Shown: positions 7,794-22,376 of the stretch, piece by piece
How the letters are laid out: each line of letters begins with the position of its first letter
Numbering within the stretch: the stretch's first letter is position 1
Assembly (NCBI GenBank): GCA_035565515.1
Contig: DATMSG010000114.1
Span: 1-56,529 of the forward strand
From: Devosia sp.
Lineage (GTDB): Bacteria > Pseudomonadota > Alphaproteobacteria > Rhizobiales > Devosiaceae
DNA: 56,529 nt
Direction of reading: 5' to 3'
Translations under genes and position numbers: made by a program
Notes under the pieces: generated by a model
Database searches by the model: none
Told to the model about the DNA's origin: nothing
The model's input: only the letters and a program-made list of their open reading frames with translations

Positions 7794-10265
7794 ATGCCGC
7801 AAAAGCCGATCGTCTACGATGCTCCAACGCCCGAGCCCCGTGCGACAACTGTTGAAGCCCTTCAGGCGGAAATCCTTGAAAAGCTGATTTATTCGGTCGG
7901 CAAGGACCCAATCGTCGCGCGCCCACATGACTGGCTGCGCGCCACTATCCTGGCGGTGCGCGACCGCATCATGGACCGCTGGATGGAGAGTTCGCGCGAG
8001 ACCTGGCGTACGTCCAACAAGCGCGTCTACTATCTTAGCCTCGAATTCCTGATCGGGCGGCTCATGCGCGATGCGATGAGCAATGTGGGGCTGATGGAGC
8101 CTGTGCAGCAGGCGCTCAAGAACCTCAATGTCGATCTCGGCGACCTGATCAATCTCGAGCCCGACGCGGCGCTGGGCAATGGTGGCCTTGGGCGCTTGGC
8201 GGCGTGTTTTCTCGAATCCATGTCCTCGGTGAAAATCCCCGCCTATGGCTATGGCATTCGCTATGTGCATGGGCTGTTCCGGCAGGAAATGAGCGAGGGC
8301 TGGCAGGTGGAACTGCCGGAGGATTGGCTCACCCATGGCAATCCGTGGGAATTCGAACGCCGTGAAAGCGCCTATGAGGTCGGGTTTGGCGGCCACGTCG
8401 AGCCGATCACCGATGCCGATGGCTCGATGCGGCACGAATGGCGGCCGAACGAACATCTGCTGGCCGTGGCTTATGACACCCCGATCGTGGGCTGGCGCGG
8501 GGCGCGGGTGAATACGCTGCGGCTCTGGAGCGCGCAGCCGATCGATCCGATCCTGCTCGACAAGTTCAATTCCGGCGATCACATCGGGGCGCTGGAAGAA
8601 AGCGCCAGGGCGGGGGCGATCACCCGCATTCTCTACCCCGCCGATTCAACCCCGGCGGGGCAGGAACTGCGTCTGCGGCAGGAGTTTTTCTTTTCTTCGG
8701 CATCGCTGCAGGACATCGTGCGGCGGCACTTGCAGCAATATGGCGATCTCGGCTCGCTGCCGGACAAGGTGGCCATCCAGCTCAACGATACGCACCCGGC
8801 CATTTCGGTGGCCGAGCTGATGCGCATTCTCGTCGATGACAATGGGGTGAAGTGGGCCGATGCCTGGAAACTGACCAAGGGCACGTTCGGCTATACCAAC
8901 CACACGCTGCTGCCCGAGGCGCTCGAAAGCTGGCCGGTGGCGCTGCTCGAGCGGCTGCTGCCGCGGCATATGCAGATCGTCTACCAGATCAATGCCGATG
9001 TGCTGGCGGAGGCTCGCAGCCGCGCCAAGTTTACCGACCAGCAGATCGCGGCGGTGTCGCTGATCGACGAGCATGGCGGGCGCCGGGTGCGCATGGGACA
9101 GCTGGCTTTTGCCGGATCGCATTCGATCAATGGCGTTTCCGCGCTTCATACCGAATTGATGAAGCAGACGGTGTTTGCAGACCTGCACAAGCTCTATCCC
9201 GAGCGCATCAACAACAAGACCAATGGCATTACGCCGCGGCGCTGGCTGATGCAGTGTAATCCGGGACTGACCAAGCTGATCAGCGAGCGGATCGGGCCGG
9301 ATTTCCTCGACGATATCGAGAAGCTCCATGGCCTTGGCGCACATGCGGAGGATCCGGGTTTCCAGAAGCAGTTTGCCGCGGTCAAACGCGCCAACAAGGA
9401 GCGGCTGGTCACGCTGATCAAGGACCGTGTCGGGGTCAAGGTCTCGGCCGATGCGCTGTTCGATGTGCAGATCAAGCGCATCCATGAATACAAGCGGCAA
9501 TTGCTCAACATCATCCACGCCGTGGCGCTTTACGATGAAATCCGCGCTCATCCGGAAAAGGACTGGGTGCCAAGGGTGAAAATTTTCGCGGGCAAGGCGG
9601 CGCCGAGCTATTGGAACGCCAAGCTGATCATCAAGCTGATCAATGACGTCGCCAAGGTGATCAATCACGATCCGGCGGTGCGGGGCCTGCTGAAGGTGGT
9701 GTTTCTGCCCAATTACAATGTCAGCCTTGCCGAAATGATCGTGCCGGCCGCCGATCTCAGCGAGCAAATCTCGACGGCGGGCATGGAGGCTTCGGGCACC
9801 GGCAATATGAAGTTCATGGCCAATGGCGCGATCACCATCGGCACCATGGATGGCGCCAATGTCGAGATGCACAAGGAAGTGGGCGACGACAATATCGTCA
9901 TTTTCGGCCTGACGACCGAGCAGGTCGAAGACAAGCGCAGTCGCAGCGAAGTGCCGCGCGGGGCGATCGATAAGTCGCCCCGCCTGCGCGAGGCGCTGGA
10001 AGCGATCTCTTCGGGCGTGTTCTCGCCGGACGATCCCAACCGCTATCGCGATCTGATCGGCGGGCTTTATGACCATGACTGGTTCATGGTGGCGCGCGAT
10101 TTCGATGCCTATTGGGCGGCTCAGGCCAAGGTCGAGAAAATCTGGCAGAATCGGTCGCGTTGGGACGCGATGGCCATTCGCAACACAGCCAATGTCGGCT
10201 TCTTTTCGTCGGACAGGACGATCAGGCAATATGCTGCCGACATCTGGAACGTGCAGACGGCTTAG
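7794..10265 (+). CDS. glgP: Glycogen phosphorylase
   Basis: LGNGGLGRLAAC, QLNDTHP, KRIHEYKRQ, PLP motif EASGTGNMK. Confidence 0.98.
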   Translation: MPQKPIVYDAPTPEPRATTVEALQAEILEKLIYSVGKDPIVARPHDWLRATILAVRDRIMDRWMESSRETWRTSNKRVYYLSLEFLIGRLMRDAMSNVGLMEPVQQALKNLNVDLGDLINLEPDAALGNGGLGRLAACFLESMSSVKIPAYGYGIRYVHGLFRQEMSEGWQVELPEDWLTHGNPWEFERRESAYEVGFGGHVEPITDADGSMRHEWRPNEHLLAVAYDTPIVGWRGARVNTLRLWSAQPIDPILLDKFNSGDHIGALEESARAGAITRILYPADSTPAGQELRLRQEFFFSSASLQDIVRRHLQQYGDLGSLPDKVAIQLNDTHPAISVAELMRILVDDNGVKWADAWKLTKGTFGYTNHTLLPEALESWPVALLERLLPRHMQIVYQINADVLAEARSRAKFTDQQIAAVSLIDEHGGRRVRMGQLAFAGSHSINGVSALHTELMKQTVFADLHKLYPERINNKTNGITPRRWLMQCNPGLTKLISERIGPDFLDDIEKLHGLGAHAEDPGFQKQFAAVKRANKERLVTLIKDRVGVKVSADALFDVQIKRIHEYKRQLLNIIHAVALYDEIRAHPEKDWVPRVKIFAGKAAPSYWNAKLIIKLINDVAKVINHDPAVRGLLKVVFLPNYNVSLAEMIVPAADLSEQISTAGMEASGTGNMKFMANGAITIGTMDGANVEMHKEVGDDNIVIFGLTTEQVEDKRSRSEVPRGAIDKSPRLREALEAISSGVFSPDDPNRYRDLIGGLYDHDWFMVARDFDAYWAAQAKVEKIWQNRSRWDAMAIRNTANVGFFSSDRTIRQYAADIWNVQTA

Positions 10266-10361
10266 GAAAAACTCGAGCGGTCGCGGATCGATTTGGGCCC
10301 GCGACCATTCCAAATTTCGACCACCGACATTCAATCGGGTGGTTATGGGGGGATATGAGGC

Positions 10362-12551
10362 GTGAGCAGGGAAACTTGGCAGGCCGATAGCCGTGACGTC
10401 GAAGAGATCGTGGCAGGTCGCCACAGGGATGCCTTCGGTGTGCTCGGCTTACACGAGATCGACGGGCAATGGGTGCTGCGCGCCTTCATTCCGCACGCGG
10501 AGGCGGTGACGGCCTTCACGCTCGACGGACGGGAACTGGGGGTTCTCTATCCCCGGCACGCCGGCGGCATGTTCGAGGGCAAGGTCGAGGTGGACGGGCG
10601 ACAGCCGGTTCGTTTCCTTGCCAGGAATGCGGGCGGGGAATGGGAGGTGTTCGATCCCTATTCCTTCGGGCCGGTGCTAGGGCCGATGGACGATTATTTC
10701 ATCGGCGAGGGCAGCCATCTCCGGCTTTTCGACAAGCTCGGTGCCCATGAGATGGAATTCGAGGGCATTCACGGCACCCATTTTGCGGTCTGGGCGCCCA
10801 ATGCGCAGCGCGTTTCGGTGGTCGGTGCATTCAACCAGTGGGATGGCCGCCGCCATCCGATGCGCAATCGCAACGGCATCTGGGAAGTGTTCATCCCGGT
10901 GCTCGGTACGGGGACGATCTACAAATATGAAATCGTCGGGCCGGACGGCAAAGTGTTGCCGCTGAAGGCCGATCCATTTGCGCGGCAGGCGGAATTGCGG
11001 CCGCGAACGGCCTCGGTCGTGCCCGATCCGACCCCGTTCAGCTGGACCGACCAGAAATATATGGAACAGCGGGCCAGCCACGACTGGCGGCGCACGCCCA
11101 TGTCGATCTACGAGGTGCATCTGGGCTCATGGCGGCGGCGGCCGGATGGCTCGTTCCTCACCTATGACCAGCTGGCCGAGCAACTCGTGCCCTATGCGGC
11201 GGACATGGGCTATACCCATCTCGAATTCCTGCCGATTTCCGAGCATCCGTTCGACCCGAGCTGGGGCTATCAGCCGACGGGGCTTTTTGCGCCGACATCT
11301 CGGCATGGCGATCCCGCCGGTTTTGCGCGGCTGGTGAATGCGGCGCATGAGGCGGGGCTGGGCGTTATCCTCGACTGGGTGCCGGCGCATTTCCCCACTG
11401 ATGAATTCGGGCTGGCCCATTTCGACGGGACGGCGCTTTACGAGCATGCCGATCCCAGGCAGGGCTACCACCCCGACTGGAATACGGCGATCTACAATTT
11501 CGGGCGCAAGGAGGTTTCCTCCTTCCTGACCAATAGCGCGCTCTACTGGTTCGAAGTGTTCCATATCGATGGGTTGCGCGTCGATGCGGTGGCCTCGATG
11601 CTCTATCTCGACTATTCGCGCCAGCCGGGGCAGTGGGTGCCCAACCAGCATGGCGGCAACGAAAACCTCGAGGCCGTCGCCTTCCTGCAGCGGGTCAATG
11701 CCGAGGTCTACCGGCAGTTTCCTGGCGCCTTCATGATCGCCGAAGAGTCGACCTCGTGGCCGGGTGTGAGCCATCCGACCTACAATGGTGGGCTCGGTTT
11801 CGGCTTCAAGTGGAACATGGGCTTCATGAACGACACGCTGCGTTTCATGGGCCGCAATCCGATTCACCGGCGCTACCATCACAACGACATGACCTTTGGG
11901 CTCATGTATGCGTTCAGCGAGAATTTCGTGCTGCCCCTGAGCCATGACGAAGTGGTGCATGGCAAGGGCGCGCTGCTCTCGAAAATGCCGGGTGATGACT
12001 GGCAGCAATTCGCCAATCTCAGGGCCTATCTCGCCTTCATGTGGGGGCATCCGGGCAAGAAGCTCCTGTTCATGGGGCAGGAATTTGCCCAGCGCGAGGA
12101 ATGGTCGGAAAGCCGCGGGCTCGACTGGTGGCTGCTCGATTCGGCACCGCACGAGGGCATGCGGCGGCTGGTGGCCGATCTCAATGCGGCCTATCGCAGC
12201 CTGCCGGCCCTGCACGAGCGCGATTGCGAGCCCGATGGGTTCGAATGGCTGATCGGCAATGACCAGACCAATACCGTCTATGCATGGGTGCGAAAGGCAG
12301 GGGATGCTGATCCGGTGATCGTCATCTCCAATTTCACGCCAGTGCCACGCAGCGGGTACAAGGTGCCGGTGCCCCTGGCGGGGCGCTGGGTGGAACGGAT
12401 CAATACCGATGCCGGCTGGTATTCCGGGGGCAATACCGGAAATCACGGGGCGGTGATCGCCCATGCCGTCGAGGGGCGGCATATGCCGGCGGAAATGGAA
12501 CTCTATCTGCCGCCGCTGGCGACGCTGTTCCTGAAATATGAGCCGGAATGA
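10362..12551 (+). CDS. glgB: 1,4-alpha-glucan branching enzyme
   Basis: WAPNA, YEVHLGSW, GLRVDAVASM, IAEES, LSHDEVVHGK; GTG start. Confidence 0.98.
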   Translation: MSRETWQADSRDVEEIVAGRHRDAFGVLGLHEIDGQWVLRAFIPHAEAVTAFTLDGRELGVLYPRHAGGMFEGKVEVDGRQPVRFLARNAGGEWEVFDPYSFGPVLGPMDDYFIGEGSHLRLFDKLGAHEMEFEGIHGTHFAVWAPNAQRVSVVGAFNQWDGRRHPMRNRNGIWEVFIPVLGTGTIYKYEIVGPDGKVLPLKADPFARQAELRPRTASVVPDPTPFSWTDQKYMEQRASHDWRRTPMSIYEVHLGSWRRRPDGSFLTYDQLAEQLVPYAADMGYTHLEFLPISEHPFDPSWGYQPTGLFAPTSRHGDPAGFARLVNAAHEAGLGVILDWVPAHFPTDEFGLAHFDGTALYEHADPRQGYHPDWNTAIYNFGRKEVSSFLTNSALYWFEVFHIDGLRVDAVASMLYLDYSRQPGQWVPNQHGGNENLEAVAFLQRVNAEVYRQFPGAFMIAEESTSWPGVSHPTYNGGLGFGFKWNMGFMNDTLRFMGRNPIHRRYHHNDMTFGLMYAFSENFVLPLSHDEVVHGKGALLSKMPGDDWQQFANLRAYLAFMWGHPGKKLLFMGQEFAQREEWSESRGLDWWLLDSAPHEGMRRLVADLNAAYRSLPALHERDCEPDGFEWLIGNDQTNTVYAWVRKAGDADPVIVISNFTPVPRSGYKVPVPLAGRWVERINTDAGWYSGGNTGNHGAVIAHAVEGRHMPAEMELYLPPLATLFLKYEPE

Positions 12552-12604
12552 TCCGTATCGGGTGAATACGTCCCGCTTCAAGGCGGGCAAGTGGAGGGAA
12601 ATGA

Positions 12605-13872
12605 ATGGCTGATTATCGAGTACCGTCTCCATTGGCGCGTGAAGCCATGGCCTATGTGCTCGCGGGGGGGCGCGGCACGCGTTTGATGGAATTGACGGAC
12701 CGGCGTGCCAAGCCTGCGGTCTATTTCGGGGGCAAGTCGCGCATTATCGATTTCGCGCTGTCCAATGCCATCAATTCGGGCATTCGCCGGATTTCGGTGG
12801 CGACGCAATATCAGGCGCATAGCCTGATCCGCCACCTGCAGCGCGGCTGGAATTTCCTGCGCACCGAGCGAAATGAAAGTTTTGACGTGCTGCCGGCCAG
12901 CCAGCGCGTCAAGGAAGACATGTGGTATGCCGGCACGGCCGACGCCGTTTACCAGAACATGGACATCATCGAGGATTATGGCGCGCGCTATATCGTGCTG
13001 CTGGCCGGCGACCATATCTACAAGATGGACTACGAAATCATGCTTCGCCAGCATGTGGACACCGGCGCCGATGTGACCATCGGCTGCCTCGAAGTGCCGC
13101 GCATGGAGGCCACAGGCTTTGGCGTGATGCATGTCGATGGGCGCGACCGGGTGGTCGATTTCGTCGAGAAACCCAAGGACCCGCCGGGCATTCCGGACAA
13201 GCCGGACATGGCGCTGGCTTCGATGGGCATCTATGTGTTCGAGACGCGGTTCCTGATGGAACAGCTGCGCCGCGATGCGGCCACGGAGGGGTCGAGCCGC
13301 GATTTCGGCAAGGACATCATCCCCTATATCGTCAAGAACGGCACGGCCTGGGCGCACCGCTTCCCGCGCTCCTGCGTGCGCTCCAGTAACGAGACGGTTT
13401 CCTATTGGCGCGATGTGGGTACGGTGGATGCCTACTGGAAAGCCAATATCGATTTGACCGATATCAATCCCCAGCTCGATCTCTATGATCGCGACTGGCC
13501 GATCTGGACCTATGCCGAGATCACCCCGCCGGCCAAGTTCGTGCATGACTTCGACGGGCGCCGTGGTTCCGCCGTCAATTCGCTGGTGTCGGGCGACTGC
13601 ATCATTTCGGGCGGCCATTTGCAGCGCACGCTGCTGTCGACCGGTTCGCGGGTGCATTCCTATTCGGTGCTGGATGAGGCGGTGGTGCTGCCCTATTGCG
13701 ATATCGGGCGCAGCGCGCGGCTGAAGAAAGTGGTCATCGACCGCGGCGTTTCCATTCCCGAAGGGCTGGTGGTCGGCGAGGATCCCGAATTCGACGACAA
13801 ATGGTTCCGGCGGACGGAGGATGGGGTGACGCTTATCACCCAGGCTATGGTCAATCGCTATCTGGCTGATCG

Positions 13873-13876
<4 letters not shown>
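12605..13876 (+). CDS. glgC: Glucose-1-phosphate adenylyltransferase
   Basis: [42 protein letters not shown]. Confidence 0.98.
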
Positions 13877-16948
<3,072 letters not shown>

Positions 16949-16958
16949 GCGCATATCC

Positions 16959-18968
16959 GTGACCGGTCCACAACTCGTTCCCGGCGCCGGGAGCATTGAA
17001 AAGCTCGGCGCCACGATCACGCCCGAGGGCGTTAATTTCGCGGTTTATTCCGAAGCTGCCACGGCCATCTGGGTCTCGCTCTATGATGAGCAGGACCAGG
17101 AAATCGAGCGCTTCGAACTCGATGTGCACGCGGACAATATCCATGCCGGGCTGATCGCCGGCATCGGGGCCGGCGCGCGCTATGGACTTCGTGCCGATGG
17201 GCGCTATGACCCGGATCAGGGCTATTTCTTCGATCCGCACAAGCTGCTGGTCGATCCCTATGCGCGGCGGCTCGACCGCGTTTTCGTGCGCTCGCCGCGG
17301 CTGCGGCTGCCGCGCGAGGAGGCCGTGGATACCGCGCCGCTGATCCCCAAGGCGATTGTCGTCGGGGATGGAAACGAGAACATATTGCCGCGCAAGAAGG
17401 CGCCGAGCCTTTTTTACGAACTCAATGTGCGCGGCTTTTCGATGCGCCATCCGGGCGTGCAGGGACCGTTGCGCGGGACCATTGCGGCCCTGACGACCAA
17501 GCGGGTGATCGACCATTTCAAGCATATGGGCGTCGATACGATCCAGCTTATGCCGACGGCGGCCTGGATCGATGAGGGGCATTTGCCCGCGCTCGGGCTG
17601 ACCAATGCCTGGGGCTACAATCCGGTGGCCTATTTCGCCATCGACCCGCGGCTGGCGCCGCGCGGGCCGCAGGAATTGCGGGTGATGACCGATCTCTACC
17701 GCAAGAACGGCATCTCGGTGATCCTCGACGTCGTCTACAACCACACCGGCGAAAGCGATGCGCATGGCCCGATGTTGAGCATGATGGGGCTCGATGCGCA
17801 TACCTATTATCGCTTCGTCGAAGTGGACGGGAAGCAGCACCTCGTCAACGACACCGGCACGGGCAACACGCTGCGTTGCGATCATCCCGCGGTGCAGCGG
17901 CTGGTGATCGAAAGCCTGCGCTATTGGGTCGAGGAAATGGGCGTGTCCGGTTTCCGCTTCGATCTGGCGACCGTTTTGGGCCGCGAGCCGGGGTTCAATC
18001 CGGAAGCCGAGATGCTCAGGAAGATCAAGGCTGACCCGGTGCTCTCCAAATGTATCCTTGTGGCCGAACCGTGGGATCCGGGTCCGGGGGGCTATGCGCT
18101 CGGAAAATTCGGCAAGGAATTCCTGGAACACAACGACACGTTCCGCGATGAAGTGCGCGCCTTCTGGAAGGGCGAGCCGGCCAAGATCGGGGCGCTGGCA
18201 GGCAAGGTTTCAGGCTCGGCCGAGATTTTCGATTTTGCCGGGCGCAAGCCGCATCATGGCGTCAACATGCTGGCCGTGCATGACGGGTTCACCCTGCGCG
18301 ATCTCGTGAGCTATCACGACAAGCACAACGAGGCGAACGGCGAGAACAATCGCGACGGGCACAACAATAATCAATCCTGGAACTGCGGCGTCGAAGGCGA
18401 AACCGACGATCCCGGGATCAATGCGGCGCGCAAGCGCGACGTGCGGGCCATGTTGGCGACGCTGTTCCTGTCTCGCGGGACCCCTCTCATCCAGCAGGGC
18501 GACGAGATGTATCGGACCCAGCAGGGCAATAACAATGCCTATGCGCAGGACAATGAAATCACCTGGCTTGACTGGGAAGATGCCGATGGGGCGCTGGTCG
18601 ATTTCGTCGCGGCGATCAACGCCTTCCGCAAGGCGCATCCAGCGGTCAGCCACGATCATTTCCTGACCGGACAGGAGCGGCATGGTTTCCGCGATGTCGC
18701 CTGGCTCCATCCCGAAGGGCGCGAAATGAACGAGGGCGACTGGAACGACGGCGCGGCATCGGTGCTCGGGATGCATCTCAAGCACAAGGACGACGAGGTG
18801 TTGATCTGGTTCAATCGCCGGATCGATACGGTCTCCGCCGTGCTCCCGGAAGGCGAGTGGGTGGTGGGCATCGACTCCGATCCTGATACAGCCGTCACCA
18901 TCGCGGATGGCCGCGTTCAAGTCGGTGCGCGTACGGTGCTGGCACTGGTCAGGCCGACCGCGCAATGA
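16959..18968 (+). CDS. glgX: Glycogen debranching enzyme (isoamylase)
   Basis: WGYNP, DVVYNHT, GFRFDLA, AEPWD, HDGFTLRD. Start set to GTG 16959, just after the pgm stop. Confidence 0.95.
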   Translation: MTGPQLVPGAGSIEKLGATITPEGVNFAVYSEAATAIWVSLYDEQDQEIERFELDVHADNIHAGLIAGIGAGARYGLRADGRYDPDQGYFFDPHKLLVDPYARRLDRVFVRSPRLRLPREEAVDTAPLIPKAIVVGDGNENILPRKKAPSLFYELNVRGFSMRHPGVQGPLRGTIAALTTKRVIDHFKHMGVDTIQLMPTAAWIDEGHLPALGLTNAWGYNPVAYFAIDPRLAPRGPQELRVMTDLYRKNGISVILDVVYNHTGESDAHGPMLSMMGLDAHTYYRFVEVDGKQHLVNDTGTGNTLRCDHPAVQRLVIESLRYWVEEMGVSGFRFDLATVLGREPGFNPEAEMLRKIKADPVLSKCILVAEPWDPGPGGYALGKFGKEFLEHNDTFRDEVRAFWKGEPAKIGALAGKVSGSAEIFDFAGRKPHHGVNMLAVHDGFTLRDLVSYHDKHNEANGENNRDGHNNNQSWNCGVEGETDDPGINAARKRDVRAMLATLFLSRGTPLIQQGDEMYRTQQGNNNAYAQDNEITWLDWEDADGALVDFVAAINAFRKAHPAVSHDHFLTGQERHGFRDVAWLHPEGREMNEGDWNDGAASVLGMHLKHKDDEVLIWFNRRIDTVSAVLPEGEWVVGIDSDPDTAVTIADGRVQVGARTVLALVRPTAQ

Positions 18969-19693
18969 TCGTTGCCCATCTCAGCGATATCCATGCGAAC
19001 GGGTCCGGCGAAAGGCTGGACCGGCTCGACAGGGCGCTGGGCTGGCTTGGTCCCATGCGGCCCGACGCCGTTATCGTCAGCGGCGATCTCGCCGAGGAGG
19101 CGCACGACCGGAGCTATCGGGCCGTGAAAGAACGGCTCGACGGTCTTGGTTGCCCCTATTTTGTCGTGCCCGGCAATGTCGATGACCACGGCGACATGCG
19201 ACAGGCATTTGGGGAGCGGTTTGGTTGGACGAGTGATCGGCCGCTCAATGTCGTCGGTGAGGTCGGCGGACTTCGCTTGATTGGGCTCGATGTGACGGTG
19301 GAAGGGGCGCATCACGGCGATGCGGGGCCGCTGCTTGAATGGCTGGCGGCGGAGTTGGCCGCCTCGGATTTGCCCACGCTGATCTTTCAGCACCAGCACC
19401 CGTTCCCCACCGGTATCGACGGCAAGGACCGCAATATCTGCCACAACGGCGAGGGGCTCGCGGCGGCGATCGAGGCGGCAGGAGAAAGGGTTCTGGCGCT
19501 GACTTGTGGCCATGTGCATCGCCCGCTGTTCACGCGTTTCGCTGGGCGCCCGGCGGTCATGGCTCCATCCGTCACTAAGGCCAACCGGCTGCGGCTCGAT
19601 GGGCGGGAGAGCGAGATCGTCGATCCGCCGGGCCTGCTGTTGCATCATTTTAGCGGCGGCAATCTGGTGAGCCATGTGGTGATGGTCGACTAG
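18965..19693 (+). CDS. Calcineurin-like metallophosphoesterase (CpdA/GpdQ-like)
   Basis: SDIH, SGDL, PGNVD, HQHP, CGHVH motifs; ATGA overlap with glgX. Confidence 0.85.
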   Translation: MIVAHLSDIHANGSGERLDRLDRALGWLGPMRPDAVIVSGDLAEEAHDRSYRAVKERLDGLGCPYFVVPGNVDDHGDMRQAFGERFGWTSDRPLNVVGEVGGLRLIGLDVTVEGAHHGDAGPLLEWLAAELAASDLPTLIFQHQHPFPTGIDGKDRNICHNGEGLAAAIEAAGERVLALTCGHVHRPLFTRFAGRPAVMAPSVTKANRLRLDGRESEIVDPPGLLLHHFSGGNLVSHVVMVD

Positions 19694-20151
19694 CCGCTCA
19701 CCTCCACCATGCCGTGGCGACGGTAGAAGCGTTGCGCCGCAAGGTTTGACGCCTCGACTTTGAGGTCGATATGGGGCGCGCCGCGACGGGTAAATTCCAC
19801 GAAAGCGGTGCGGAGCAGGAAGGCGCCAATGCCGCGGTCGCGCCATTGCGGGGCGACGACAAGGTCTTTCACAAAGCTGCTGGTCCAGCATTGGATGAGG
19901 CCGACGGGCTCGGTCCCGGCGCTCGCGATGATGACGAGTGTGGGGTCGAACTCCGGATCTTCGACCAGCGGCCACCACCAGGCGTTGAAATCAGGTACGG
20001 AGCCGCCACCGCTGGCATAGGCGGCGCGAAGGAGGGTATGGAGGGCCATTGGTTTGGCTTGCCAGAGCGGCGTGATGACGACGCCCGCGGAGAGCGCCGG
20101 CAGTTCCATTGGCGCATTCAGCATTTTCCGCAGGCGGATGTAGTCGCCCAA
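19690..20151 (-). CDS. GNAT family N-acetyltransferase
   Basis: 'VAPQWRDRGIGAFLL' acetyl-CoA motif and 'N.AAQRFYRRHG'. Confidence 0.88.
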   Translation of the reverse strand: MGDYIRLRKMLNAPMELPALSAGVVITPLWQAKPMALHTLLRAAYASGGGSVPDFNAWWWPLVEDPEFDPTLVIIASAGTEPVGLIQCWTSSFVKDLVVAPQWRDRGIGAFLLRTAFVEFTRRGAPHIDLKVEASNLAAQRFYRRHGMVEVSG

Positions 20152-20153
20152 GA

Positions 20154-20786
20154 CTATTCCGCGGCTACGGCCTGGAAGCCGCCATGCTTTTCGATGAAGC
20201 CGATGATCTGATCGAGACTTTCGCGGCGCAACAGGTCGGTGAAGACGTAGGGGCGGCCTTCGCGCACTTTTTGCGTGTCGCTTTCCATCACTTCGAGACT
20301 GGCGCCGACATAGGGGGCGAGGTCGGTATGGGTGATGACCAAGAGGTCGGAGCGCGAGATGGCGGGGCCGCCCTTGCGGGGAATCTTTTCGCCCTGGGCG
20401 ACCGAGATCACGTAGATGGTGAGGTCGGCGAGGTCGGGGGAAAAGGTGGCTGCGAGATTGTCGCCGCCGCTTTCGATGAGGACGATATCGAGATCGGGGA
20501 ATTTGCGATTGAGATCGTCGATGGCGGCAAGGTTTAGCGAAGCGTCTTCGCGGATGGCAGTGTGCGGGCAGCCGCCGGTTTCTACGCCGACGATGCGATC
20601 TTCGGAAATGGCCTGGACGCGGGCGAGGATCAGCGCGTCCTCTTGGGTATAGATGTCATTGGTGACGACGGCCATGGAATAGCGGTCGCGCATGGCCTTG
20701 AGGAGCATTTCGCACAGGGTCGTCTTGCCCGACCCGACGGGGCCGCCAATGCCGATGCGGAGCGGTCCATTGAGGCTTTTGGTCAT
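20154..20786 (-). CDS. ureG: Urease accessory GTPase
   Basis: [29 protein letters not shown]. Confidence 0.98.
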   Translation of the reverse strand: MTKSLNGPLRIGIGGPVGSGKTTLCEMLLKAMRDRYSMAVVTNDIYTQEDALILARVQAISEDRIVGVETGGCPHTAIREDASLNLAAIDDLNRKFPDLDIVLIESGGDNLAATFSPDLADLTIYVISVAQGEKIPRKGGPAISRSDLLVITHTDLAPYVGASLEVMESDTQKVREGRPYVFTDLLRRESLDQIIGFIEKHGGFQAVAAE

Positions 20787-20801
20787 GGCAGGTTTCCTGG
20801 G

Positions 20802-21233
20802 TCAGAGAAAGCGGAAGGCGACGAGGGCGACAAAGCCAAGGCCGAGGGCAAGGCAGAGCGGAGAATAGACGCGGGCGTCGTTGAGGCGGAAATTCGGCTC
20901 CGGGGTCAATCCCTTCCACCAGGCGGTGTAGCCGGCAATGCCGCGGGCGAGGAAAACGGCGGCGAGGGCCAAGCCGCCGAGACTGAGCCAGATGCCGCCG
21001 CTATCGTGGTCTGCCAGCGCCAGGGCGTAGATGCCGGCGGCGATGGTGGCGAGGGAAATGGCGAAGGAGGCGAGGCGCGGCGGCATGCGCTCGATGTCCT
21101 TGAAGCCCACGACGGTCTGGGCCAGCAGCTTTTCATTGCGGATCGGCCAGGTGCGCCCCATCGACCAGAGGAAATGCGCCAGCGAAACGGCGAAGAGGGC
21201 GATGAACATCATGGACGCGATGAACATGTTCAT
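20802..21233 (-). CDS. Four-TM membrane protein (DUF3995-like)
   Basis: 'HFLW..G.TWP' and '[15 protein letters not shown]'; ATG 21233 overlaps the ureF stop. Confidence 0.7.
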   Translation of the reverse strand: MNMFIASMMFIALFAVSLAHFLWSMGRTWPIRNEKLLAQTVVGFKDIERMPPRLASFAISLATIAAGIYALALADHDSGGIWLSLGGLALAAVFLARGIAGYTAWWKGLTPEPNFRLNDARVYSPLCLALGLGFVALVAFRFL

Positions 21234-21886
21234 GAACGGAAGATCCTTGTGGGCAGCGTTTCGTGCTGCATCTGAGCAATATCGGCGCCATAGGCGACGC
21301 TGCCGATTTCGTCCAGTGTGGCATGCTGGCACAGAGCGGCCAGCGCCGCGATATGGGGCTCCAATGCAGCCATGATGGCGAGGCCGTCGGTCTGGCCGAT
21401 GGGCACGAGACGGACCGCGACTGACACCTGACTATGGACCGTGGCCGTGAGAAAGGCGAGGAGCGTGTCGAGGAGGCCGATGGCATGGGCGCCGGCCAGC
21501 GCGCCGACGGCGATCGGATAGGGACAAGGGTCCGGCAGGGCCAGCGGCGGCTCGACAGGCCAGGCGGCGGCGGCCTTTGCAAAGGCATTGCCGGTCTGCG
21601 TGGTCTCGGCGGCGCGTTCGCGCGCCGGGGTCAGGGCCAGGCAGAGATCGGCGAGGTCTTGCAGCTTTTCGGGAGATCGGGGCGATCGGTGGGCATGGGC
21701 GAGAAGGATGGCGTCGGTTCGCAGGCTGCCGTGAAGCAGGGCGCCGGAAATCCAGTCCTCCGCCGTTTGCCGGTCGTGCACGAGGCGGCTGACGATGGCG
21801 GTTTCGAGGCCGGCGGACCAGGCGAAGGCGCCCACCGGAAAGGCGGGAGAGAGCCAGGTCAGCAGTTTTTGCAGGTCAGCGGTCAC
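21230..21886 (-). CDS. ureF: Urease accessory protein UreF
   Basis: [26 protein letters not shown]-terminal [11 protein letters not shown]. Confidence 0.96.
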   Translation of the reverse strand: MTADLQKLLTWLSPAFPVGAFAWSAGLETAIVSRLVHDRQTAEDWISGALLHGSLRTDAILLAHAHRSPRSPEKLQDLADLCLALTPARERAAETTQTGNAFAKAAAAWPVEPPLALPDPCPYPIAVGALAGAHAIGLLDTLLAFLTATVHSQVSVAVRLVPIGQTDGLAIMAALEPHIAALAALCQHATLDEIGSVAYGADIAQMQHETLPTRIFRS

Positions 21887-22356
21887 TTGCGGACGAGCAG
21901 GGCGTGGCCGGGTTCGGCATGGCTATGGCTGTGATAGGCGCCGTGTTCGGCGAAGAAGGGTTCAGTTACATCGATGACCGTGGCGCCGAGGCCTTCGAGC
22001 ATGGTTTTGAGCACGTGATCGCGCTTGATGAGGATGCGGTCGGCGTCGAGCTGGGCTGGAGTGTGGCGATTGCCGATGTGCCAGGCAAGGCGCAGGAGGT
22101 GAGCCGCGTCCCGGGCGGTGACGGCATAGAGAATTTCGCTGGCGGCGCGGATTTCGACAAGCCGGCCATCCTCGAGCTCAAGCGCGCCTTCATGGTCCAG
22201 GGTAATGGTATTGGGAAAATCGACCAGGATTTCCGTGCCGTTCCGGCCGGTCAGCAGCTTGCGGCGCAGGCGCCGCTCGTCATGGGCCAGAACAAGGCTG
22301 TCCATGGGGGCTCCACGGCCGTGATGGGCGGGAAGATGGGCGACGGCGCGAAGCAT
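21883..22356 (-). CDS. ureE: Urease Ni-chaperone UreE
   Basis: [18 protein letters not shown], His-containing tail; start ATG 22356. Confidence 0.95.
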   Translation of the reverse strand: MLRAVAHLPAHHGRGAPMDSLVLAHDERRLRRKLLTGRNGTEILVDFPNTITLDHEGALELEDGRLVEIRAASEILYAVTARDAAHLLRLAWHIGNRHTPAQLDADRILIKRDHVLKTMLEGLGATVIDVTEPFFAEHGAYHSHSHAEPGHALLVRK

Positions 22357-22376
22357 AGTGGTGGTAAGTCCTTGAA

